Assembly (NCBI RefSeq): GCF_963921235.1
Contig: NC_086108.1
Location: 7,502,001 to 7,566,000, forward strand
Direction of reading: 5' to 3'
Origin: Mobula hypostoma
Taxonomy: Eukaryota
Length of the DNA: 64,000 nucleotides
The stretch's first letter is position 1, and every line of letters starts with the position of its first letter. Below the pieces are notes generated by a model. It did not search any database. It worked only from the letters and a program-made list of their open reading frames with translations, and was not told the origin of the DNA. A program made the translations under genes and the position numbers. Shown here in pieces: positions 53,522 to 64,000 of this stretch.

Positions 53522-53699
53522 TAGTTTTTGGGTCCCCTCCTCCCACCGTATAACTCTGACTCATCTCTCTCTTTTTTCTTATGCCCTGTTGAAGGGTCTC
53601 AGCCTGAAACTCTTTTCCATAGATGCTGCATGGCTTGTTGAGTTCCTCCAGCATTTTGTGTGTGTTGCCTAGTTTTTTTGGTGTTTTGATTTGCTTCTT

Positions 53700-55110
53700 A
53701 GCTAGTTGGAAAAATGCTTGAAGCTGTCATTAAAGAAGAACTAGTGAGGCATCTGGAAAGAAATGGTTATTATATTCTAACAGTGTATTAGTGCCTATAT
53801 GGCTTATCTTTTTGTATACTTATTCAATAAAAAGATTTAAAAAAGAAAGAAAGAAAGAAATGGATCCATCAGGTAAATGCAGCATGGATTCAGCAAGGGC
53901 AGGTCCTGTTTGACAAACTTTCCAGAGTTCGAGGATATAACGAGTGCAGTGGATAGAGGGGAACAGATAGACATTATTTACTTGGATTTCCAGAAAGTGT
54001 TTGATAAGGTGCCTCATGAAAGACTTATCCATAAGATAAGGATGCATAGAGTTGGGGGAGATGTATTAGCATGAATAGAGGATTGGTTAACTAATAGAAA
54101 GCAGAGAGTTTGGATACGTGGGTGTTACTCTGGTTGAGCAGTGTGCTGCAGGGGTTGGTGCTGGGCCCGCAATTGTTCACGATATACATTAATGATCTGG
54201 AAGAGGCGACCGAGTGTAATGCACCTAAGTTTGCTGATGATACTAAGTTGAGTGGAAAAGCAAATTATGCAGAAGATACAGAGAGTCTGCAGAGAGATAT
54301 AGATAGGTTAAGTGGGTGGGCAAGGGTCTGGCAGATGGAGTACAAAGTTGGTAAATGCAAGGTCATCCACTTTGGAAGGAAAAATGAAAGAGCAGATTAT
54401 TATTTAAATGGTAAAAAATTGCAGCATGCTGCTGTGCAGAGGGACTTGGGAGTGTTTGTGTATGAATCACAAAAGATTGGTTTGCAGGTGCAGCAGGCTA
54501 TCAAGAAGGCAAATGGAATGTTGGCCTTCATTGCTAAAGGGCTCGAAGTTAAAAGCAGGGAGGTTATGTTGCAACTATACAGGGTACTGGTGAGGCCGCA
54601 CCTGGAGTCCTGTATGCAGTTCTGGTCTCCTTACTTGAAGAAGGATATACTGGCTTTGGAGGTGGTGCAGAAGAGGTTCACTAGGTTGATTCCAGAGATG
54701 AAGAGGTTAGACTATCAGGAGAGACTGAGTCACCTGGGACTCAGGAAGAATGAGAGGAGATCTTATAGAAACATATAAAATTATGAAAGGGACAGATAAG
54801 ATAGAGGCAGGAAAGTTGTTTCCACTGGTAGGTGAGACTAGAACTAAGGGACATAGCCTCAAGATTCAGGGGAGTAGATTTAGGATGGAGATGAGGAGGA
54901 ACTGCTTTTCCCAGAGAATGATGAATCTGTGGAATTCTCTGCCCAGTGAGACAGTTGAGGTACCTCAGTAAATAGATTGGATAGAATTTTTACATAGTAG
55001 GGAAATTAAGGGTTATGGGGAAAAGGCAGGTAGGTGGAGATGAGCCCATGGTCAGATCAGCCATGATCTTATTGAATGGCAGAACCTACTCTTGCTCCTA
55101 TTTCTTATGT
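53700..55110 (+). mobile_element. CR1 LINE RT and 3' end, decayed
   Basis: QHGFSKGRSCLTN, YLDFQKVFDKVPH, QGLVLGPQLFTIYINDL, KFADDTKL, RPHLE, plus 3' UTR. Confidence 0.93.
53767..53852 (+). mobile_element. Short L1-type 3' tail inserted in CR1
   Basis: AATAAAAAGATTTAAAAAAGAAAGAAAG tail like that at 46.6 kb. Flanked by direct repeat GAAAGAAATGG. Confidence 0.7.
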
Positions 55111-55986
55111 TTGGCACAACATTGTGGGTCGAATAGCCTGTTCCTGTGCGGTACTCTTCTATGTATGGGTTAGTGGATTAATGGTCACACGGGTGTGATT
55201 GGCTGGCGTGGGGTTGTGGAATTGCCTTTTACCATGTTGTATCAATAACTAAAAACGAATAAGGAGCAATATAACTCTTCCCTCCCAAATAATCCTCCAT
55301 TTTCCATTCATCCATGTGCCTATCTAAAAATCGCTTAAATTTCACCAATGTATCTGCCTCTACAGAAGGAACCATAAGAAATAGAGCAAATTAGGTCATT
55401 CAGCCCATTGACTCCACTCCCCCATTCCATCATGCAGAGTTGTAAACAGTCAGCTTCATCACGGGTATGAGCCTCCATAGCATCTAGGACATCTTCAAGG
55501 AGTGATGCCTCAAAAAGGTGGCATCCATCATTAAGGACTCTCACCACCCAAGTTATGCACTCTTCTCACTGCTACCATCAGAGGTGAGGCACACACTCAA
55601 CGATTCAGGAACAGCTTCTTCCCCTCTGCCATCAGATTTCTAGTGGACATTGGACCCATGAACACCACCTCACTATTTCTCATATTTTAGATTTTGCACT
55701 ACTTACTTCATTTAACTATTTAATACATATACTTAATGTAATTCATGTTTTTTAAAGTATTATCTATTGCTGCAAAGAGAACAAATTTCAAGACATATGC
55801 TGGTTATGTTAAACCTGATTCTGATTCCCCTCTTTCTCATTCTTCTGCATTCTCCTTGTAACCATTGATGCCCTGACTAATCAAGAACCTATCAACCTCC
55901 ACTTTAAATACACCCAATGACCTGGCCTCATCAGCCATCTGTGGCCACCATAAGATGCAGACATAACTGACAAATAATGTACAGGT

Positions 55987-57501
55987 AACACACATCAAAG
56001 TTGCTGGTGAACGCAGCAGGCCAGGCAGCATCTCTAGGAAGAGGTGCAGTCGACGTTTCAGGCAGAGACCCTTCGTCAGGACTAACTGAAGGAAGAGCTA
56101 GTAAGAGATTGAACGTGGGAGGGGGAGGGGGAGATCCAAAATGATAGAAGACAGGAGGGGGAAGGATGGAGCCAAGAGCTAGACAGGTGATAGGCAAAAG
56201 GGATACGAGAGGATCATGGGACAGGAGGCCCAGGGAGAAGGAAAAGGGGGAGGGGGGGATGGGCAAGGGGTATAGTCAGAGGGACAGAGGGAGAATAAGG
56301 AGAGTGAGAGAAAGAATGTGTGTATATAAATAAATAACGGATGGGGTGAGGGGGAGGTGGGGCATTAGCAGAAGTTAGAGAAGTCAATGTTCATGCCATC
56401 AGGTTGGAGGCTACCCAGACGGAATATAAGGTGTTGTTCCTCCAACCTGAGTGTGGCTTCATCTTTACAGTAGAGGAGGCCGTGGATAGACATGTCAGAA
56501 TGGAAATGGGATGTGGAATTGGGAGATTGGCCACTGGGAGATCCTGCTTTCTCTGGCGGAGAGCGTAGGCGTTCAGCAAAACGGTCTCCCAGTCTGCGTT
56601 GGGTCTCGCCAATATATAGAAGGCACATCGGGAACACCGGAAGCAGTATATCACCCCAGCCGACTCACAGGTGAAACGTTGCCTCACCTGGAAGGACTGT
56701 CTGGGGCCCTGAATGGTGGTAAGGGAGGAAGTGTAAGGGTATGTGTAGCACTTGTTCCGCTTACAAGGATAAGTGCCAGGAGGGAGATCGGTGGGGAGGG
56801 ATGGGGGGGATGAATGGACAAGGGAGTCGCATAGGGAGCGATCCTTGCGGAAAGCAGAGGGGGGGGAGAGGGAAAGATGTGCTTAGTGGTGGGATCCCGT
56901 TGGAGGTGGCGGAAGTTACGGAGAATAATATGTTGGACCCGGAGGCTGGTGGGGTGGTAGGTGAGGACCAGGGGAACCCTATTCCTAGTGGGGTGGCGGG
57001 AGGATGGAGTGAGAGCAGATGTGCGTGAAATGGGGGAAGAAGCGTTTGAGAGCAGAGTTGATGGTGGAGGAAGGGAAGCCCCTTTCTTTAAAAAAGGAGG
57101 ACATCTCCCTCGTCCTGGAATGAAAAGCCTCATCCTGAGAGCAGATGCGGCAGAGACGGAGGAATTGCGAGAAGGGGATGGCATTTTTGGAAGAGACAGG
57201 GTGAGAAGAGGAATAGTCCAGAAAGCTGTGAGAGTCAGTAGGCTTATAGTAGACATCAGCAGATAAGCTGTCTCCAGAGATAGAGACAGAAAGATCTAGA
57301 AAGGGGAGGGAGGTGTTGGAAATGGACCAGGTAAACTTGAGGGCAGGGTGATAGTTGGAGGCGAAGTTAATAAAGTCAACGAGCTCAGTATGCGCGCAGA
57401 AAGCAGCGCCAATGCAGTCGTCGATGTAGCAAAGGAAAAGTGGGGGACAGATACCAGAATAGGTTCGGAACATAGATTGTTCCACAAAGCCAACAAAAAG
57501 G
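55987..57501 (-). mobile_element. Penelope-like element, 5'-truncated (RT C-half plus GIY-YIG), 16-bp TSD
   Basis: YIDDC, LPFLDL, VYYKPTDSHS, IPFSQFLRL, VIYC..C..C..YIGET.RRL..RF, GMNIDFSNF, with frameshifts. TSD CAAATAATGTACAGGT at 55971-55986 and 57502-57517. Confidence 0.93.
56048..56083 (-). ncRNA. Minimal hammerhead ribozyme motif in the Penelope 3' end
   Basis: AGUC-CUGACGA-AGGGUCUCUGCCU-GAAA-CGUC-GACU. Confidence 0.62.
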
Positions 57502-57517
57502 CAAATAATGTACAGGT

Positions 57518-57760
57518 GTCCACTATATTAGCTACACCTACTCTTTATGCAGATACCTAATCAGCCAATCATGTGGTGGCAACTCAATGCATACAAGAGG
57601 TTCTGGTGATGTTCAGACCACACATCAGAATGGGGAAGAAATGTGAGCTAACTGACTCTGACCACAGAAAGATTGTTGGTGCCAGACGGGATGATTTGAG
57701 CAGCCATTTAGAATGCCCTCAGTGCCCACTTTATGAGGCACAGGAGGTACCTAATAATGC
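57518..57760 (+). mobile_element. Tc1-derived non-autonomous remnant
   Basis: MGKKCELTDSDHRKIVGARR resembles a Tc1 N-terminal HTH. An inverted end-like segment lies at about 58255-58295. Confidence 0.5.
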
Positions 57761-59641
57761 AAACAAGCAAAACCTAAATGGGTTTCATCTGCAGCATTTC
57801 ACAGTATGAAATGAAATCAGTTACCATATATTGAACTGGAGGTGACAATGAAATGTAGCGAGCCCTCCGTTGGTCGGAATTGATCATAGATGTTGCGTCC
57901 TAGCGTTTGTTGTTAGCTGATACTCAAGCCAGGGCAGTACAACGTGGAGAGCAAGCTGTTGCCCTTGCAGCAGGCTCCCCCTCTCCATGCAGCTGATGAA
58001 TGGCAGAGATCAATTTAGTTTGGTACCAGCAGCGTTGCAGGAGTTGCTGGTTAGTGCTGAACTCGATGTAGGACTGCCTTAGGGACTCCAGCTCTGTACT
58101 TTTCCCCTGGGTGTTTACTCTCAAAGCAGAGAGCTTTCCTTTTCTGAGATGAGCTGCCAACCACAGCTGATGAGACCTCTATCTACTCCACCCTTTCTTC
58201 CCATACCTTGTCACAGATGAGACCCACTTAGCTTTTACTTGTTTGCATTTACAGTCAGTGCCTCCTGTACCTCATAAAGGTGTCACTGAGTGTACTTATG
58301 TAGAATTGCACAAAGAGACATGAAACATGGAACTAGGCCCATCACCTCACACCAACCATCAAGAATTTTCTATAGCAGGGGTTCGACAATTTCTCAACAT
58401 TGATCCTAATCGAGCCTCTCAGCCAAATACTTCATTAATAACACTTTCTCTGAAAAAATTATGGAGAACAATCATCACAAACAATCAAGAGGCGACTGAA
58501 GGTCCAGACATGTTCAAAGAAAAGTGGTCAGAATGAGGTGGTGATCGTCAGGGTGGAGTTGGGGTGTGTGAAGTGGAGGAGTTTTGGAGCCCGTCCACTC
58601 AAACCAAACAAGGTTTAATTGATCTAAGCACCAGGCTGATTTCTGGTACAGGCCAGAACGTGATGACGGGGTCCAGGCCCAGAGCATATTGATGTGACAG
58701 GGCCTGTGTCTTAGACTGAAGAATGACCTGCTATTTGGACGACTGAAATGCCAGCCCAGATGGATTTAAAAGGCAGGGTGTCAGGACCAGAGGCGAGGCG
58801 AGGCTTGGGACGGTTCAGCTCGCTGCTCTGTGATGTTCACTGTGCCCTTCCTGCACTGAGGTTGAGAATTGTTATGTGGCTGCCTGTAAGGAGACAAACA
58901 TCAAGGCTGTGTAATGCATACATACTTCGCTAATAAATGTACTTTCAGCTTTGAACTCATAATTTGTCAACTTCTATCAGGCATCCCTCAGACTTGAAGA
59001 AAAGCAAATCCAGACTACCCGGTCCCTCTTCACCACCAAAGTGCTCCATCCTGGGCAGGTGCATCTCAGTGAATCACCTTTGCATCCTTTCCAGTGCAAT
59101 CATTCCCTTCCTATAGTGTGGTGACCAGAATTCAGCCTAAACAATGTTCTTTATGGTTGTATCTTGACCTCACATTTATTTTCTATTCCTGGATAACAAA
59201 AATGAGCCTTAACCACCTGTTGCTCCTGCAGGAAGGTGTCTGCATTTGAATGGTTTCTCTCTCCTTTCACTAGATCATGCTGGAATCCTTGGCCTTGGGC
59301 AAGGTTTAATCGGCATTGTTTGTGGATTGGACTCTGTAGTTCACGTTACAATGTGTTTCTGGATTCCAGTCTCTCCTTTTTCTGTTGCTATTTTGTGCAT
59401 TTTGATTGGGGCAGACTGTAGATAACGAATAACACAGTGCGAGATTGCACTGAACTGAATGTCCTTGGATTCTCCCGATGACTTTGTGGGATGTTGTTTT
59501 ATATTCTGTGTATTTTGCTTGTTTTTTTTGCCATTTGTGTAATTTGCTTTTTTGTGCGGTGGGGGTTTGAAGTTTTTCTTTGAACGGGGTCCATGGGTTT
59601 CTTTGTTTCATGGCTGTCTATGGAAAAGTCTTAGGCACATA

Positions 59642-61242
59642 CAGTGGCATGTAAAAGTTTGGGCACCCCGGTCAATGTTACTGTGAATAGCTAAGCGAGT
59701 AAAAGATGGCCTGATTTCTAAAAGGCATAAAGTTAAAGATGACACATTTCTTTAATATTTTAAGCAAGATTACTTATTATTTCTATCTTTTACAGTTTCA
59801 AAATTCCAAAAAACAAAAAGGGCCCAAAGCAAAAATTTGGGCACCCTGCATGGTCAGTACTTAGTAACACCCCCTTTGGCAAGTATCACAACTTGTAAAT
59901 GCTTTCTGTAGCCAGCTAAGAGTTTTTCAATTCTTGTTTGGGGGATTTTCACCCATTCTTCCTTGCAAAAGACTTCTAGTTCTGTGAGTTTCTTGGGCTG
60001 TCTTGCATGAAATGATTTTTTGAGGTCTTGCCATAGATTCTCGATGATGTTTAAGTCAGGGGACTGTGAGGGCCATGGCAAAACCTTCAGCTTACGCCTC
60101 TTGAGATAGTCCATTGTGGATTTTGAGGTGTCTTTAGGATCATTATCCTGTTGTAGAAGCCATCCTCTTTTCATCTTCAGCTTTTTTACAGACGGTGTGA
60201 TGTTGCTTCCAGAATTTGCTGGTATTTAATTGAATTCATTCTTCCCTCTACCAGTGAAATGTTCCTCATGCCACTGGCTGCAACACAAGCCCAAAGCATG
60301 ATTGATCCACCCCCATGCTTAACAGTTGGAGAGGTGTTCTTTTCATGAAAAGAACTGCCCCCTTTTTTCTCCAAACATATCTTTGCTCATTGCGGCCAAA
60401 AAGTTCTATTTTAATTTTATCAGTCCACAGGACTTGTTTCCAAAATGCATCAGGTTTGCTTAGATGTTCCTTTGCAAACTTCTGACGCTGAATTTTGTGG
60501 TGAGGACGCAGGAAAGGTTTTCTTCTGATGACTGTTCCATGAAGGTCATATTTGTGCAGGTGTCGCTGCACAGTAGAACAGTGCACCACCACTCCAGAGT
60601 CTGCTAAATCTTCCTGAAGGTCTTTTGCAGTCAAACGGGTTTTCATTTGCCTTTCTAGCAATCCTATGAGCAGTTCTCTTGGAAAGTTTTCTTGGTCTTC
60701 CAGACCTCAACTTGACCTCCACCGTTCCCGTTAACTGCCATTTCTTAATTACATTACGAACTGAGGAAACAGCTACCTGAAAACGCTTTATAACCTTCTC
60801 CTGCTTTGTGGGCATCATTCATTTTAATTTTCAGAGTGCTAGGCAGCTGCTTAGAGGAGCTCATGGCTGCTGATTGTTGGGACAAGGTTTGAGGAGTCAG
60901 GGTATTTATAAAGCTTTGAAATTTGCATCACCTGGCCTTTCCTAACGATGACTGTGAACAAGCCATAGCCCTAACAAGCTAATTAAGGTCTGAGACCTTG
61001 GTAAAAGTTATCTGAGAGCTCAAGTCTCTTCGGTGCCCAAACTTTTGCATGGTGCTCCTTTCCTTTTTTTCACTCTAAGATTGTACAAACAAAAATAATA
61101 TACTAATCTTGCTTAAAATGTTGAAAAGAATGTTTCATCTTTAACTTTATGACTTTTGGAGATCAGTTCATCTTCTATTCACTTAGCTATTCACAGTAAC
61201 AGAAATTTTGATCAGGGGTGCCCAAACTTTTGCATGCCACTG
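59642..61242 (-). mobile_element. Full-length Tc1-family (IR/DR type) transposon, inactive
   Basis: TA-CAGTGGCATG(T/C)AAAAGTTTGGGCACCCC termini, with about 210-bp IRs carrying inner direct repeats. Transposase 60864->59854 (GRPRK, VLWTD, KHGGGSIMLW, QQDNDPK, SPDLNIIENLW, GGVTKY), broken by frameshifts. Confidence 0.95.
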
Positions 61243-62399
61243 TATATATAGCTAGGGAGACTTTTGCACTGTGGTAATTTTATGTACTGCATTGTACTGC
61301 TTCTGCAAAAGAAGTGATGATAAACCTGATTCTGCTTAAGGTCTCTATTGTGGACTGAGAGTGGAAAGAGGCAGAGAGAGGGGAGGAAGTGGGAAGCACC
61401 AGAGTGACAATCTGTAAGGACCAATAAACCAATTGTTCAGAATCAAATGGTCTTGCCTGGTGTCTCAAGGCTGGCTGTGTTTGCAACCGTACTGTCACCC
61501 CCCACCCCCCGGCACCCCTTCTCTGTCACCTGTCCCACTAGCGGCACTCCACCCTCACTATTCCCAACATTTTCAAACTCGCTCTCCAGTCCATGCTGAC
61601 AAATACAGTACTGTGCAAAAATCTAAGGCATTCTAGCTATATATATGTGCTGAAGACTTTTGCACAGTACTGTATATATTGCTCCATAGTTCCAGCATCT
61701 GCAGAATCTCTCTTGTCTCAGTTCAACTGAGAATGTCCATGACATGGCTGTGTTACTGGCAAACCCAGGCTTGGCCTTGCACAACACCCTTATTTTCCAA
61801 TGCCACCAATGTGGGATATATACATATATTACACCCCCCCCTTCACCATTCCTCATTCCCTTTCCCCTCTCTCACCTTATCTCTTTACCCCATCATCTCT
61901 GTCTGGTGCTCCTCCCTCTTCCCTTTCTTTCATGGTCTCTTCTATCAGATTCCTCCTCCTCCAGCCCTTTATCTCTTTCACAAATCAACTTCCCAGCTCT
62001 TTACTTCACTCCTCTCCCACTCACCTGGTTTTCCCTGCCACCTTGCACTTCTTCCTCCCCTCCTGCCACCTTCTTACGCTGACTACTGCTCTTCCTTTCC
62101 AGCCCGGGAAAAGGATCTTGGCCCAAAACGTTGCCTGTTTAGTTTTTTCCACAGGTGCTGCCTGACCTGCTGAGTTACTCCAGCACTTTGTGTGTGAGTC
62201 TTGGACTTCCAGCATCTGCAGATTTTCTTCAGCATGTTTGAAAGCTTACCTCCAACACCAGTCTCTGCACTGGACAGAAGATGATCACGAACTCAGGCAT
62301 TCTCTTATTAAGAATCCCAAAGGCTGCTTTTGCAAGAAAAATTGTGTTTTTCTTAAAATGGTAATCTAATGATCATCTTCCTGTCATTCCTGACTGGAT

Positions 62400-63490
62400 T
62401 TCCAGTCCCTGCTACTGAAAAGCATCCCCCGAATCAGAATCAGGTTTATTATCACTGGCATGTGACGTGAAATTTGTTAACTTAGCAGCAGTTCAATGCA
62501 ATACATAATCTAGCAGAGAGAAAAAAAATAAAATTAAAAATAATAATAAGTAAACAAGTAAATCAATTACGTATATGGAATAGGTTTTAAAAAGTGCAAA
62601 AACAGAAATACTGTATATTAAAAAAAAAGTGAGGTCGTGTCCAAAGCTTCAATGTCCATTTAGGAATCGGAAGGCAGAGGGGAAGAAGCTGTTCCTGAAT
62701 CGCTGACTGTGTCCTTAATAATGGACTCTACCTTTCTGAGACACCGCTCCCCAAAGATAGCATGATGCTACCTCTATCGTACGTTACAGTAAGAATGGTA
62801 TTACCTAGATGGTGCAGTATTAGATTTATGTCTAATAAGTTCCACTTTAGTCCCATCTGACCACAAGACGCTCTTCCACATCTTTACGGTATCTTCCAAG
62901 AGATGCTTTGCAAAGTCTTTACAGGCAATGATATCCTTTGCTTTTTCCTTGCCACTCTTTCATAAATACCATTTTTGTACAAGGCCTTAGAGATTGTGGA
63001 ACCATGAATTTTATCTCCAGTTGCATCCACTAACTTCTGCAGCTCACCTAGAGTGACTGTTGGCATCACAGTAGCCTGTCGTACAAGTGCCACTCTTCTC
63101 CAGCGACTGAGCGTAAGAGAGGCAGCCTGACCTAGGTAGTGTGGCTGTGGTCCCATATTATTACCACTTTTTCCACTGGACTCTATGCTCAGTGTCTTTG
63201 AGATGGTCTTGTATCTTTCCCCAGAGTTGTGCTTCTCTATTATCATTTTGCTGACTTGTCTTGAATGCTCTTATGTCTTCATTTTCATTTGTTCTGTTGA
63301 AAATCTACTGTGCTGTTGGACATTGCAGAGAGAGGGGATAATTATTCTTATTAGTTCATTGAAAACAGGTGATCCTCCAATTCTCTACATCAACAAATTG
63401 TGTGAGTTGGTAATGTGCAACATTGCAGCTGAGGAAATTTAGCGTAGTATTTACAAGGGGGTAGAAAAATTTGCAGTTTTGGAATTTTTC
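62400..63490 (-). mobile_element. Second decayed Tc1-like transposon, interrupted by a Rex1-type tail (about 62430-62755)
   Basis: IIEKHNSGERYKTISKTL, TLGELQ...GSTISKAL...RVARKK, plus LWSD and GRGSIML remnants. Confidence 0.75.
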
Positions 63491-64000
63491 TTTTTGATTT
63501 GACATGACACACAATGCTTTAGTCATAGGCAGTGTGTTTGCTATTTCTCAGCTGCTGTCGGAGGTAGACCGCTTTACTCAAGCAAACCTTCTCTTTCATT
63601 TGACAGAGAGTGAGTGCCTGTTGGTCCTTGAGACAGGGGCCTTGGAGGAGCGACGCAGATTGGAACAACAAGTTGCATGTCTCTGCACTTGTTGCAGGAG
63701 TGACCTCTCTTCCTCGATGGAGAGGGAGACAACCCGTTGAGATCCGGAGTGCTGGCTTGTAGACTGTAGTTTTAATGGACTCTGGATCGGGGTCTCTTTG
63801 GGGGCATTCTGCTGTTGCTGCATGGTGGTGGTGGTTGGTAGGGTGGGTGGGGGGTGTGTGGTCGGTGCTTCTGCTGGTGTGAGTAGGGGTGAGGGTCAAT
63901 GCCTTTACTGTTGCTTGTGCAGAGGAGGGCGGGGTGTTGGGGGTTCGTTGTTTCTATCAATCATTCTATGGGGTTTCTTCTTTCGTAGATGTCTGTGAAA

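Noticed and set aside
53021..53672. Repetitive Cys/His/Pro-rich ORFs
   Set aside because: By-product of a stop-free 26-bp minisatellite derived from a CR1 UTR.
62250..62290. Next upstream SAE1 exon (IFCPV...LE resembles VFCPV...LEV)
   Set aside because: It lacks the expected DWS...DYFLLQ continuation and its donor phase does not fit the 50828 exon.

Overview
Repeat-dense vertebrate genomic DNA. The V-domain/HE1-like SINEs and the CR1/Rex1/Penelope content suggest an elasmobranch, probably a ray (inference). The only host gene I can support is SAE1 (SUMO-activating enzyme subunit 1): its last three coding exons lie on the minus strand at 50684-50828, 47003-47072 and 45592-45684, with GT-AG sites and matching phases. 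Upstream exons were not found and probably lie beyond base 64000. The rest is mostly transposon debris: a Gypsy LTR element lacking RT/RNaseH, a solo LTR, a full-length decayed IR/DR Tc1, a mariner MITE, a Penelope element with a 16-bp TSD, many CR1, Rex1/Babar, L1, RTE and R4-like LINE pieces, SINEs and several minisatellites. The most notable observations are (1) about a dozen minimal hammerhead-ribozyme motifs in Penelope-derived ends, (2) a 95-bp LINE-tail tandem array recurring at four loci, (3) a composite element bounded by tiny palindromic Tc1-end hairpins and (4) a 56-bp hairpin minisatellite in an SAE1 intron. I found no demonstrably new biological system. Most ORF-track entries are spurious or transposon-derived. 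Family names come from motif recognition, not database searches.
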